Positions 46,501 through 56,052 of a stretch of 64,000 nucleotides of DNA are shown here, piece by piece. The stretch comes from a virus. The translations under genes and the position numbers were made by a program. The notes under the pieces are model-generated. The model saw only the letters and a program-made list of their open reading frames with translations. It made no database searches and was not told where the DNA came from. Every line of letters starts with the position of its first letter. Positions within the stretch are counted from its first letter, which is position 1. Where the stretch lies: positions 87,142 to 151,141 of IMG/VR virus record IMGVR_UViG_3300033153_009458, one strand, 5' to 3'.

Positions 46501-48340
46501 AAACTAAATCGTAATCAGAAACACCAGAATAACTCGGATCTTCATCAAACATTTGTCCACGGTACGTGAACGTGTGATCAGTATTTCCCCTTACGTAAAT
46601 ACCAGCTTTCATCATTTCATTTTGAATGTTATCATGAGAAAAAGCACCCTCATCATGATCATCTAAAGCCGCCGCTGAACCACCAACAAAAGAAATTAAA
46701 ATAGTTCCGGTTACTGAATCACCAGTAGCAATAACCATACCAACACGAGTATTATCTGTTGTCTGTGGAACATTCGCAAATTGTCCTTCATTGTATTTTG
46801 ACAAATACAGAATATCGCCTGGATTCACTGTGGTTGGTGCTGTACCCGCACCATCTTCGATTAGAGTAGTATCATAATGAACGTATCCACTCGATAAAAC
46901 GTAACCCGTTTTTCCAGATCCATTTGTTCTGTGTGAAACACCAATAGCTCTTTCAAGTATAGTATCAACTGCTTCATTCAATGCTTTACCATAAGTACCG
47001 TCTGTCTTCATGTAGATTAACGATATTTCATTATCACTCCATGATTCAGCGGCATTAAAAACAGCATTTTCGTCAAAGTATTGCCCACGATATTCGAAAT
47101 CTGTTACACCTTGCGATTGATTATAAGTCCAAAGACCAGCTTTTTGCATTGCTGTAATTATATCAGGATGCGCTAATGCAAAATCGTTATGATCATCTAT
47201 ATTACCCGCACCTGTTGCAAGCCCTAATAAAAATTTACCACTTCCAAGTGAAATACCAATTCGAACTTTCATATCACCTTCAAACACACCTTCGTAATCA
47301 GCGTGATATCCCCAATCAATACCACTTCCACCTGAACCACCGTTATCAGCTACACCGTTTGTTCCATCAACAAAAGCATCACCTGTTTTATAATAAACTG
47401 ATGGGTTATCCCATGTTGTTGGTTTAGTCGAGCCGTGTGTATCACCACCATTAATAGCCCGCCAAATACGGTCATTAGTTACCATGTAAATATCAGCTAC
47501 ATGAGTTGTATTAGCAATCCATTTGATAAAATCTCTTTCAATTTTACCAGCTGTGGTATCTGACAAATAAAGATACGTTCCTTCAGCGTATAATTCAGCA
47601 TCAGTAGATAAATCGTTTTGCCCCCCTGATCCGGTTGTATCTACTACACCAGAAGTTATAACAATATTATTACCAAATACACCGTCCCTTGATACATCAA
47701 CAATACCGATAACTGCTTCTTGTTCTTTGTCGGCATCATCGGCTAAAGCTGGATCAAAAAATGTAGTCTTGTAATAAACAAGGTCCATATTTTGAACAGT
47801 TGTTGGATAGTCTAATGCTGCATCTTTAATAACATTTTGACCACGGTAAATAAAATCATTATCATCAAATCCTAAAACACCGTAATCTTTTAATACTTGA
47901 GTAGCGTCTAAAACGCCTTGTGAAATGACTGTTCTTACTGAAGTTGGATCGATGTGATTATAAGAATCTGTTTCATCCAGAATAACTCTGAATGTACATA
48001 TAACTCTTCTTCCAGTATCGTCACCATCCCAAATTGTATCACCAGCACCAATATATGTACCGACTGAAACAGGTTGTTGAATGATTGCTTTACCAGCTGT
48101 ATCCGATCCTGTTGGTGCTGAAGCGTATAAAACATAATTTCCGGGTGATAATGATGGTACAATAATCACTTCTTCTTCTGCTATGTAATAACCCCTTCCA
48201 TTACCGCCAATATTAACTAGTCCTTCATAAACTGTAAGTCTGTGATCAGCGGCACCCGAATAGGTAGAGGTATCCGCAATCGCCTGTTTAAATGAAATAA
48301 ACCCGGCTGATTGCGAAGCAAGATAAAATTTTTCGGCCAT
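43502..48340 (-). CDS. Large tail-fibre/adhesin-like virion protein with repeated beta-domains and a LamG-like lectin domain
   Basis: About five repeats of the form D.VY..Y..A..VG(I/V)..SG.V..GD..YLS..G; AHYTMDD..GTT..D and GHVDQVRVY...LS..EI. Confidence 0.75.
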   Translation of the reverse strand: MAEKFYLASQSAGFISFKQAIADTSTYSGAADHRLTVYEGLVNIGGNGRGYYIAEEEVIIVPSLSPGNYVLYASAPTGSDTAGKAIIQQPVSVGTYIGAGDTIWDGDDTGRRVICTFRVILDETDSYNHIDPTSVRTVISQGVLDATQVLKDYGVLGFDDNDFIYRGQNVIKDAALDYPTTVQNMDLVYYKTTFFDPALADDADKEQEAVIGIVDVSRDGVFGNNIVITSGVVDTTGSGGQNDLSTDAELYAEGTYLYLSDTTAGKIERDFIKWIANTTHVADIYMVTNDRIWRAINGGDTHGSTKPTTWDNPSVYYKTGDAFVDGTNGVADNGGSGGSGIDWGYHADYEGVFEGDMKVRIGISLGSGKFLLGLATGAGNIDDHNDFALAHPDIITAMQKAGLWTYNQSQGVTDFEYRGQYFDENAVFNAAESWSDNEISLIYMKTDGTYGKALNEAVDTILERAIGVSHRTNGSGKTGYVLSSGYVHYDTTLIEDGAGTAPTTVNPGDILYLSKYNEGQFANVPQTTDNTRVGMVIATGDSVTGTILISFVGGSAAALDDHDEGAFSHDNIQNEMMKAGIYVRGNTDHTFTYRGQMFDEDPSYSGVSDYDLVYHASDGDYKQAQNLNSTPLTADVVGIAYDVSDTDYGGVLSGGFVTYDTQDATKIWDDVTQAAASTVTVGEKLYLSKDSAGAISNTKDTADNVEVGYVIAKGAVGTGYIFLRIGQNLSLENFAVDENATFEGTVADYEFVYRKSDSTYTKAKLDFDDNPASAVVGIAFGITSTAGVMISHGLVAYDTTSIEGTTAVVGDKAYLSYTTSGLLTTTKRNTNNIEVATVVTIGTVAAGGTILINILGDRYVDTAIDQFAHFNSNVDAYDVVYVYDNSGLEYDRAIVDNTAKEYFIGVCTEGPTVGDNGIVQSQGYVDMGTDTGTGADSTGTLGYVVTNTSLAIGDKVYLSLEASYPGKVTNLPSGVEVGRYIGLIGSNYYMVITASTGGEDGPVMASQEDMQYSGLLESSSFLRMHYDTFSQPGTVTGDASFNDSVYNGIATEYIQKQIISETDDTWGIQAWALEDEILADSWIWECIEAGTSSGSEPSWTDKVSTSSLEAHYTMDDVTGTTVVDETSNSYDGTASSELIQVNIGHVGKSMFLPGTGEINTGTTFPTALGAAVTNFSVSLAFQANVTSGDDGLFDIGPYVGTAGDFYLALVSGNLTFGLTGFSDVHAFTDISDKFHSLVATYDGSGPTAKMYLDGVEVTSETISVPASLDLSNSTVNQMIIGSYKNTSSALNGHVDQVRVYSVTLSPYEIRNLHREISNSLEEDVVIEDAGGVVWEARRPTTDYRFQVHAEYVEEPRMVVEYSIDESPSTWIKIPKYDEPVLVTGGFVDLHLRFTWGATGTINSFGVMYGYDNKVIASIKKMFEIYTDSGSGGSPNDIITIPNNGSYTKDGVSLQLTSDTNGRLFIGTDFEENDHYSVKMLYGLGVSESLIFEEYYGAVDNSLENNQLILAQHQAVTGYHTAKETNYVSADTLDIDDHFVTGDNGSGLTLTLLPVASVVERTFIFVNIGASGTFTLDPDSSETINGSASSLALTTQWDVAVLYAALTGWIRIV

Positions 48341-48354
48341 TTAATTTTCTATTT

Positions 48355-48939
48355 TTATAGTGTTACACCTGTTGGAATATCTGTTCCACTAGCTACTACA
48401 CCAGCATCAGTTCCATTTGAAAAATAATCTAAGTTAAAAGTTACATCAAATTCTAAAATCGCACTGTTTGTGTCATGGTTAAGATCCATAGTTGAAACAG
48501 TTGTTGGGTAGACACCTTCACAAACATAAGAAGCTGAGACTGTATTCGCATCATCTAATTGTGAAAGAACGACACTAGTCTTATATAGTGCGGGATCACC
48601 CCTAGTATTATCTTTTGTGTGTGCTATTTTATCCATCCATTTTTCAAAAACTGATCTCAGATCGTAAGAATGATTAGCTAAAAATTTTAGTGTGATTGCT
48701 TCAAAAGTTGGATCACCACCAAATTTATAGTTCAAACCAAACCAATAAAGATTAGCAATATCTGGAATAGTTTTCGCTGGCAAACTGGCACTTCTTACAT
48801 AATATTGATAATTAGCAGGTAAAGCAGCACCGTGATTTGCTTCTGTCATATTCCCAAAAGTCACTAAAAACCTATTCGGTCTAGCTAAATTCTTGACATT
48901 AGCTGAAAAAGTTTTTAAGTCTACTGAGGCAGTAGTCAT
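48355..48939 (-). CDS. 19: Tail tube protein (gp19-like)
   Basis: LARPNRFLV, SASLP, GGDPTF, FEKW, GVYPT.V...L, EFDVTF..DY. Confidence 0.9.
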   Translation of the reverse strand: MTTASVDLKTFSANVKNLARPNRFLVTFGNMTEANHGAALPANYQYYVRSASLPAKTIPDIANLYWFGLNYKFGGDPTFEAITLKFLANHSYDLRSVFEKWMDKIAHTKDNTRGDPALYKTSVVLSQLDDANTVSASYVCEGVYPTTVSTMDLNHDTNSAILEFDVTFNLDYFSNGTDAGVVASGTDIPTGVTL

Positions 48940-48992
48940 AATTTGTACCTATTTTAATTGTTGTTATTTTTAAGTATTTATTCATGTAAAAA

Positions 48993-49457
48993 TCATGCAC
49001 ATTTTCGAGGTTTTTTAATACCTTTACACGATTCACTTATTTTTATTTTTGTTTCATTAGAATGTGTTTTACCTAGCATACCACGGGGATGTTTAGATCT
49101 TTTTCTCGATTCCCGAATTTTTTCTTTGGCTTTTTCAGTATGGGTTTTTCCAAACATACCATTATTTTTTCCAATGCATTTACCTTTCCTATTTTCTTTC
49201 ATTTTTTTTATTGATTCCGCTGTATGCTTTATACCCTTTCTAGGATGAATACTAGGATTTTTCAATTCGTTATCAGACTTCCCGATAATTTGACCGTTTA
49301 AAACTCTATAAGCAAGCCAGTCTTCCCATCTTCCGTATTCTTCGTACATCCATTTATGCACAGCTGCATGGCCAGAAATTGTCAATAATACAATATTTAA
49401 TTCGTTATTTGAACCACCTAATGATTTAGGTATTATATGATGTTTATGTTTTTGCAC
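48993..49457 (-). CDS. HNH homing endonuclease with NUMOD3 repeats
   Basis: HHIIPKSLGGS...GHAAVH; three G..HT/S.E.K.KI/M repeats. Confidence 0.85.
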   Translation of the reverse strand: MQKHKHHIIPKSLGGSNNELNIVLLTISGHAAVHKWMYEEYGRWEDWLAYRVLNGQIIGKSDNELKNPSIHPRKGIKHTAESIKKMKENRKGKCIGKNNGMFGKTHTEKAKEKIRESRKRSKHPRGMLGKTHSNETKIKISESCKGIKKPRKCA

Positions 49458-49558
49458 GATTTCTTCTCTTTATATATAGTTGTGTAGGAAACAGTTAACC
49501 GATCTTCTCTGGTTGATTGCTTACGTTACTATGAATAACGTAAGCTTATCCTACGAAA

Positions 49559-51829
49559 TTAAATTAATTCCTCAAAACTAACACCTGATTTTGTAACATT
49601 AAAATTCAATTGAATGAACTCAGCTACTTGTTGTGGTTTTACGAAAATATCTACGACTATTTTATTTTGATTGATTACTTCAGCTGTGTTATTGCTTGAA
49701 TCACACACAACTAAGAAATCTTCAAGACCACGATTTGCTTGTACATTTCCAAGATAAGGATTAATTACACCTAAAATCTGGTTCCAAGTTGTTTCATCTG
49801 CGAATTCCATTACGAAAGGTCGCATTGATTTTGAAATTTCTTTTTCTAATGTAATCATCAGTCTTCGAATATTAATTCGACTGAAAATTGAAGCAACACT
49901 TGTCGCTGTTTTTTGACCCCAAACTACACCTTGACCCTCACCGGCTATTGCATAAACAATATTAATGCCGTTTACATAAAGGCTATCACGTCCGGCTTGA
50001 TTTGGATTGAATGCAAGTTTTATTGCATTTCGAATTTTACCCCGGTTTAATCCAGCTGGTGCATACCAAGGAAAAAATAATCGGTCTGTTTCTGCCATAA
50101 TTCCAGCCATGTCACCGTGAATAGGTACCCATCGATTCATGTCATTGTACCGATCAAACATATATTTCATATTGCCGAACATACCAGTGTACGTATTGTG
50201 ATTATTAAAATCATCTACTTCACCAGTAGAATAATTAACAGTTCCCATTGCAGTTGTTAAATAAGTCACTGCATCATCACTCGATTTTCCAACTAAATCA
50301 CTAGAAGAATATGGAGAGACAATTGCAAAAGCGTCTTTTCTAAGAGCGGCTACTGTCGAAGCGTATTCTTGATCTAAGAAATGATTCATAATTAAACCGA
50401 TATCTGTTGTATCAGGATCATCTATAAGATCGTAACATTCTTGAATATCACCAGATGTATAAGCAGTTGCATCATATTCCGCCGCTGGCCATGTGTCATA
50501 AGTTCTTGGATAAATTGTATCGTACCAAGTGTGTCTTAACACTGGTAATGGACTTGATTCTGTATTAGGCATTACACCATTTGCACCAACTTTACAGAAA
50601 ATTCTTGAATCAGCTGCAAGTAAAATATCATCGACAAAGTTTGACCGTCCGTAAACGTCCTTTCCTGTAGAAACAGCACTTACTGTATAAGATTCAACTT
50701 GTGTCCACGTTGAGTCTGTTTCTTGTTCGTAAACTAATAACGCAAATTCATCATTAGAAAAATCTGGTGCGTACTCAAAATACGAACTGAATGTATTAGT
50801 GTCACCTGATGTTGCAACTTGTCCTGTCCAAGATGCTAAAGCCGAACAAACGCCAATTGCTATGTCTTGAGTCGGTGCAACGTATCTGTTGTAAAAAGTT
50901 AATTTAGAACTTGCTACTGTTCCGGCTACTGTTACAGTTCCAGTTACATCTGTTGCTGTAAATGAAGCTAGTTCTAATGGTCCACATGCTGATCCTGTTC
51001 CTGAAGCACTTCCTGTAATAGCTTCTGTTGTTCCATCACCAAATACTTGTGAAGCTGTTCCACCATTTGCAACACTCGAAACAACTAATAAATTAGTGTC
51101 TATTGAAACTACCGTTGCAGTTGCACCAGAACTCGTTCCAGTTACAGTTTCACCCACTACAAATGCAACACCGTCTGTAAAATTCAGTGTTCCAGTTGTT
51201 ATGCCCCATCCTTGAAGAGCAGCATCATTAAGCAATTCGACAGTCCAGTTAGGGTCTGAACCACCTATTCCAAGTGTATCAATCGAATTGACAACTAAGA
51301 TTGCTGAATCCGCACCAGTTAAACCTTTTGCTGAAAGTGCATAATCATCAACACCGACTTGACCTAAAGATGTCCATGCCCAATCTGTTGATTCTTCGGT
51401 ACCAACCGCTAACAATTTTGTTTGTGTATCAGTTACTAAAGATGAAAGTGTTCCTTCAGCTGTAGTTTGATTGTATAAATTTGCTTGACTAATCCCTTCG
51501 TTTACCGTCAATGGATCTGAATCATCACCACCACTCAAAACCAATCCGACATTTTTCGTTGTTTTTAATGCATCAATCGGACGTGAAACGTACATAGATG
51601 ATGCATAGTCATAAAAATTATTAATATTAAACCAATCGAGAAAATTATTATTAGTCGGTCTTCCAAAATTTGAAACTAATTCAGCTTCACTTGATGTTAA
51701 AACGACTGTAAATGCTTCACCTTTTTCGGCTCTTAATACACCAAATGTATTAGAACTTGGTAATGCACCAACCGAGTAACCAAAATTCTTTTCGGTTACT
51801 GTTATTCCCGGTGATAAAAGAGATGCCAT
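49559..51829 (-). CDS. 18: Tail sheath protein (gp18-like)
   Basis: LLSPGITVTE, FGRP, WYAPAGLNRG, WGQKT, RINIRRL, VVCDSSNNT, FIQLNF. Confidence 0.97.
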   Translation of the reverse strand: MASLLSPGITVTEKNFGYSVGALPSSNTFGVLRAEKGEAFTVVLTSSEAELVSNFGRPTNNNFLDWFNINNFYDYASSMYVSRPIDALKTTKNVGLVLSGGDDSDPLTVNEGISQANLYNQTTAEGTLSSLVTDTQTKLLAVGTEESTDWAWTSLGQVGVDDYALSAKGLTGADSAILVVNSIDTLGIGGSDPNWTVELLNDAALQGWGITTGTLNFTDGVAFVVGETVTGTSSGATATVVSIDTNLLVVSSVANGGTASQVFGDGTTEAITGSASGTGSACGPLELASFTATDVTGTVTVAGTVASSKLTFYNRYVAPTQDIAIGVCSALASWTGQVATSGDTNTFSSYFEYAPDFSNDEFALLVYEQETDSTWTQVESYTVSAVSTGKDVYGRSNFVDDILLAADSRIFCKVGANGVMPNTESSPLPVLRHTWYDTIYPRTYDTWPAAEYDATAYTSGDIQECYDLIDDPDTTDIGLIMNHFLDQEYASTVAALRKDAFAIVSPYSSSDLVGKSSDDAVTYLTTAMGTVNYSTGEVDDFNNHNTYTGMFGNMKYMFDRYNDMNRWVPIHGDMAGIMAETDRLFFPWYAPAGLNRGKIRNAIKLAFNPNQAGRDSLYVNGINIVYAIAGEGQGVVWGQKTATSVASIFSRINIRRLMITLEKEISKSMRPFVMEFADETTWNQILGVINPYLGNVQANRGLEDFLVVCDSSNNTAEVINQNKIVVDIFVKPQQVAEFIQLNFNVTKSGVSFEELI

Positions 51830-51932
51830 TTATTACTCCTTGTTAAAATGTAAACGTAGTTGTGCGTTTTAAGTGAGTGCTACGAATCCCTCACTCGTTC
51901 AAAAATAAAAAATGTATATTCCTGTGTTCTAT

Positions 51933-51940
51933 TATTTATG
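51933..51940 (-). promoter_or_regulatory. Late promoter variant upstream of the sheath gene
   Basis: Intergenic CATAAATA. Confidence 0.55.
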
Positions 51941-51956
51941 TGTGACGCCAAAAAAT

Positions 51957-51985
51957 TTGACACGGGACGCTAATATTGATATAAT
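51957..51985 (+). promoter_or_regulatory. Consensus sigma70 promoter of the plus-strand island
   Basis: TTGACA-N17-TATAAT, perfect match. Confidence 0.85.
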
Positions 51986-52036
51986 TAAAATTATGATTGA
52001 TAAAATATCATATAGATAAAAATGGAGAGAGATTAG

Positions 52037-52345
52037 ATGACATTGATAGTAGATAGAGAAAAAATAGCCGATTTGTGCCATAAACAATGGACCGGTTGGA
52101 TGGAGTATTTGTTCAGTCGATGTAAAGAAGATACAGAAATTACAAGTCCAGCTGGATATGCATATAAGACAACAAAAAATGGTGATCTAATAATACCAAA
52201 GGAATGGGTGGAACGCTGGAAACGACAAATGGAAACAGACTACAAAAACTTAAGCGAAGATGAAAAAAACATCGATAGAAAAGAAGCTGACAAATACATC
52301 GATGCGTTTGTTCCTAAATATCACAATTTAGAGGATTCATATTGA
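52037..52345 (+). CDS. Hypothetical phage protein
   Basis: H.QW..W ... Y..LSE.EK..DR..A pattern. Confidence 0.6.
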   Translation: MTLIVDREKIADLCHKQWTGWMEYLFSRCKEDTEITSPAGYAYKTTKNGDLIIPKEWVERWKRQMETDYKNLSEDEKNIDRKEADKYIDAFVPKYHNLEDSY

Positions 52346-52971
52346 AATTACCAAAAAAACCCGATCATAAATTCGTAAGGAAAACTGATTATTACAGAGA
52401 CGTTGTGTACGAATGGAATTTACCGGCTGGTTGGTCGTGTCCATTTGCTCAAGATTGTTTAATAAAAGTGGATCGTAAAACAGGTAAATTCGATAACCAA
52501 AGTAATCCTGATTATGGATTTAGGTGTTATGCTGCAAGTGCTGAAAGGTTTCCAGGTGTTCGTGAACACAGATGGAAAAATTTTGAATACGTCATGAATG
52601 GTGGAATTCCGGTCTTGCCAAAAAAAGCAAAAGCTGTTAGAATACATTCAAGTGGTGATTTTTTTAAACAAGCGTATTTCGATATGTGGCTTGAAATTTG
52701 CAGGAATCACCCAGACGTTGAATTTTGGGCGTTTACAAAGAGCGTTTTGTATTGGGTAAATAGAATGGATGTAATACCTGACAATTTGGTATTGACTGCT
52801 AGTTTCGGTGGAAAAACTGATCGTGACATATCAAAGTACAGTTTAAAATGGTGCAAAGTTATTAAAAAGAAATATCTCTATATGCACCAACCTGAACAAT
52901 TTGACACGAACGACGATCTAGCAAGAGAAAAATTTGTAAATTTTTATTTACTCAATAACTACGAAAGGTAG
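52342..52971 (+). CDS. GP88-like (radical-SAM-related) protein
   Basis: LPAGWSCPFA..C...CYA, RIHSSGDF, FWAFTKS, P.NL.L..S. Confidence 0.7.
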   Translation: MKLPKKPDHKFVRKTDYYRDVVYEWNLPAGWSCPFAQDCLIKVDRKTGKFDNQSNPDYGFRCYAASAERFPGVREHRWKNFEYVMNGGIPVLPKKAKAVRIHSSGDFFKQAYFDMWLEICRNHPDVEFWAFTKSVLYWVNRMDVIPDNLVLTASFGGKTDRDISKYSLKWCKVIKKKYLYMHQPEQFDTNDDLAREKFVNFYLLNNYER

Positions 52972-52972
52972 A

Positions 52973-53704
52973 ATGAAAAAAATTGAAGAAAATAAGATAG
53001 ATGAATTAGCTATTAAAGGTTCTAAACTGATATTTGGCAAAGCAGTTGATGAAGTAATAGAAAGAGCAAAAAAAATGGGAATGGTAGAAGATAGAGAAGA
53101 TGGTTTTTTTATTGATCTACCAACAGACGAAAGCGAGCATCCATTCTTTGAAGATATAAAACCGGCTCATTATGATGAAGAAGAAATTGATATCAAAGAA
53201 GTTACACCATTACATGAGCTTGGAATTATTTTAGATAGTGATGAAGATGAGTTATTACCTAACAGGTGGGCTGTTCTAAGTCCAGAAGAAATTGATGCGC
53301 TGTTGCCGCACGATAACACAAATTCGACTTTCGTTGAAGAAATTGAAGATATGATAGAAAATACTGAAGATATTATATCGCGTGATGATAAACTACAACA
53401 CGAAAAAATGGTATTTAAGCCTCAACATTATCAGATTTTATTCGATGATGGTGTTGCAAAAGAAGTTCTAGATGTCATCAAAGCAATATCTACGAAAGAA
53501 GAATATACAGGTGCCATGAAATTCCAGGTTTTGAAATATTCAATGCGAGCTGACAAAAAAGGTGCCATTATTCAAGATCTAAAAAAAGCGAGATTTTATC
53601 TCGATGAATGGATTAAAATAATTGGAACGAATGAGCGAAGTTGGAAAGATCTCAAAGATCACGTCGAAGAATTAGCTCACCAAGCAATCAAAGGAGAAAG
53701 ATGA
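52973..53704 (+). CDS. DUF3310 (T7 gp1.7-like nucleotide kinase family) domain with acidic N-terminus
   Basis: PQHY, EVLDVI, LKY..RA.KKG...DLKKARFYL. Confidence 0.7.
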   Translation: MKKIEENKIDELAIKGSKLIFGKAVDEVIERAKKMGMVEDREDGFFIDLPTDESEHPFFEDIKPAHYDEEEIDIKEVTPLHELGIILDSDEDELLPNRWAVLSPEEIDALLPHDNTNSTFVEEIEDMIENTEDIISRDDKLQHEKMVFKPQHYQILFDDGVAKEVLDVIKAISTKEEYTGAMKFQVLKYSMRADKKGAIIQDLKKARFYLDEWIKIIGTNERSWKDLKDHVEELAHQAIKGER

Positions 53705-53955
53705 CCAACGAAATAACATGCCCGTGTGGATGCTCAATGCCAAACGGACATTGTATTGAAAAATCAGAAATAGGTGTTGTTGTAATTCCAATCGAAAGAT
53801 ACAGGCAACTAGAAGAATGTGAATCTAAATATTATTCTCTTCAAGGTCATGGTGTTGATAATTGGGAAGGTTGGGATGACGCCATGACAGATTTTCACAA
53901 TGCATTTGAACCTGAAGATATAGAGATAATTGATGAATACATTAAAAAAGATTAA
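53701..53955 (+). CDS. Hypothetical phage protein (start MTNEI)
   Basis: SD AAGGAG; L...GVDNWEGW motif. Confidence 0.6.
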   Translation: MTNEITCPCGCSMPNGHCIEKSEIGVVVIPIERYRQLEECESKYYSLQGHGVDNWEGWDDAMTDFHNAFEPEDIEIIDEYIKKD

Positions 53956-54289
53956 AGAATTTTTTTGGCCGAATCTGTGTGCTATTAATTTTGCTAGACC
54001 CCGAAATTTTGCTATTTGGATGATATATATTTCCGTTGCAATAATTACAGAAATTACTATATTTTCATTAGGTTTTTGGACTCTAAATGCATTCATTATA
54101 TTCACATTGATTATGCTGGCATCTTTATTATATTACGTTTATTGTATAATACGATGCAATCCATTTGTAAGTTTAATGAAAGCAAGTTTAATAAAAGTAC
54201 CAGAAAACAATCCTCAAATCATAATCGGGCATTGCTGGAAATGTGGGTCCGCTATATACAAAGACAACTTAGATGAACATACAAGATAA
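53930..54289 (+). CDS. Membrane protein with C-terminal CxxC
   Basis: Two hydrophobic segments. Confidence 0.5.
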   Translation: MMNTLKKIKEFFWPNLCAINFARPRNFAIWMIYISVAIITEITIFSLGFWTLNAFIIFTLIMLASLLYYVYCIIRCNPFVSLMKASLIKVPENNPQIIIGHCWKCGSAIYKDNLDEHTR

Positions 54290-55397
54290 AACAATTTCAA
54301 GATACATGTACGAACAACTTTCAGCAAACGGTTTAAATATTTTACCTATAATGTCGGCTTGTTCGTCGAAGTGTTTCTTTTGCTCGAATAAGCTTAATCC
54401 TTTTCCTGTTTACACCGATCCGCCACGGCCACTCGACGAAATAAAAAAAGCAGTGTTAATGATTGGTCAAAATCCAAACAGCATGATTGATTTGTCGTAC
54501 GCTAGAAAAATGACTGAAGGTGAAGCAATTCAACATCCGAATTTTTTTGAAATTTTAGATATAATTCGAAAAAAACATCCGCAAAATAAAATTTTCTTTT
54601 ATACGAATGGTGTGCATTTTACAGAAGAGAACATCAAAGAATTATCTAAATATTCACCTATCAATGTTTCTTTGTCAATACATAGTATTAATTCAGATTA
54701 TTGGTGTGAAATTTCAGGTAAAAATATAGACGATTACACAAGGGTAATGTCTTCTCTTAGTTTATTATCTGAGTACAAAATTAAAATAACACCAACAGTT
54801 GTTCCTATGCCAGAATTAGTTGGTTGGGATGATATAGATCAAACTATCGAAAAACTTTCAAATTATTCAAACAGAATCCAAATATATACACCCGGTTTCA
54901 CAGATAATTCTAATGAAAAAACTAAAAAATTTATGAATATTGACTTAGAAGAATTATCCACTGTATTAAATATATTAAGTAAAAAATATAGTGTCGATTT
55001 GTCATTTTTTGGCGATCCGAACAAACCAATTAATTTTTATCCTGAAGGTATGCTTAATATGACTATGGATATGCGCTATATGAACGTTTTATGGATGTTT
55101 TCTGAATTTGCTTATACACAAGCGAATTCCATTTTAAATGCGTACGCCAGAACAACAGGTAATAATCATTATACTTGTTCAGTAAAAAATTATACGTACG
55201 GTGGAAATATTAAATGTGCTGGTTTGTTAACAGTTGACGATTTTAAAACTTCATTAAAAGAAGTATTACCAAAATTACCTAAAATAGATTGTATTATGTT
55301 ACCCGGAGTAGCATTTGATTCATTTGGTGAAGATTTAAAAAGTACACCTTATTCTGAAATTATAGATGAATTCGATATACAAACTAAACTAGGATAA
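54273..55397 (+). CDS. Radical SAM protein with DUF512-like C-terminus
   Basis: CSSKCFFCS, EGEA..HP, TNG, PGFT, VKN..YGGNI.CAGLLTVDD, FD..G.DL. Confidence 0.8.
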   Translation: MNIQDKTISRYMYEQLSANGLNILPIMSACSSKCFFCSNKLNPFPVYTDPPRPLDEIKKAVLMIGQNPNSMIDLSYARKMTEGEAIQHPNFFEILDIIRKKHPQNKIFFYTNGVHFTEENIKELSKYSPINVSLSIHSINSDYWCEISGKNIDDYTRVMSSLSLLSEYKIKITPTVVPMPELVGWDDIDQTIEKLSNYSNRIQIYTPGFTDNSNEKTKKFMNIDLEELSTVLNILSKKYSVDLSFFGDPNKPINFYPEGMLNMTMDMRYMNVLWMFSEFAYTQANSILNAYARTTGNNHYTCSVKNYTYGGNIKCAGLLTVDDFKTSLKEVLPKLPKIDCIMLPGVAFDSFGEDLKSTPYSEIIDEFDIQTKLG

Positions 55398-55398
55398 A

Positions 55399-56052
55399 AT
55401 GAAAAAATTTAAATTATTAGTTTGGTCAGGTGGTTACGACAGCACTGCTTTACTGATGCATTTAGTTGAAGAACGTGAACTATTTGATTTATTGAGTATT
55501 CGTCTATACAACAACGAAAAAAAACATCGATGCGAATTGAAAGCCCGGAAAAAAATATTAAAAATAATTAATCCCGGTCGTTTATTACGAAACTATTATA
55601 ATTATAGTATCGATGATCTTCCATCATCAGCTGTTCGATTACATCAAGCACCGCTTTGGATTTCAGCTATTGTCCATCATATTCAAACAGATACAGATGA
55701 AGTACAAACCGGTTATATCAAAGGTGATGATCCGTTAAATTATAACCGTATGGAAAAGGCGTATCAAAGTATGTGTAAATTAGCAAGTATTTCACACATT
55801 CCAGATTTGACGTATCCATTAAGAGCTGAAACAAAAGTTGACGTTCTTACAAATTGGTATTATAATAAACATTATGATTTAGGCCAAAAAGTACGCGAAC
55901 ATATTTGGACGTGCGAAAATCCACAAGGTACAGGTAAAAACATTGAAAAGTGTGGTCAATGTACACCATGTAAAGTTGAAGGTCGAGCAATTATGCAAAT
56001 CGAAAAACAACGTGTACAGAAATTTTTAAACCCTGAAAGGAGCAAGCAATGA
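55399..56052 (+). CDS. QueC-like PP-loop ATPase
   Basis: WSGGYDST; WTCE.P...CGQCTPC zinc site. Confidence 0.75.
   Translation: MKKFKLLVWSGGYDSTALLMHLVEERELFDLLSIRLYNNEKKHRCELKARKKILKIINPGRLLRNYYNYSIDDLPSSAVRLHQAPLWISAIVHHIQTDTDEVQTGYIKGDDPLNYNRMEKAYQSMCKLASISHIPDLTYPLRAETKVDVLTNWYYNKHYDLGQKVREHIWTCENPQGTGKNIEKCGQCTPCKVEGRAIMQIEKQRVQKFLNPERSKQ

Noticed and set aside
41896-48340. Diversity-generating retroelement acting on the fibre or repeat proteins
   Set aside because: No reverse transcriptase and no template/variable repeat pair with A-specific mismatches were seen.
49477-49554. Hammerhead ribozyme
   Set aside because: The junction lacks the CUGAnGA core in the required position on either strand.
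55399-56052. Complete 7-deazaguanine DNA-modification pathway
   Set aside because: Only a QueC-like gene is present; folE, queD, queE and dpdA were not seen in this window.
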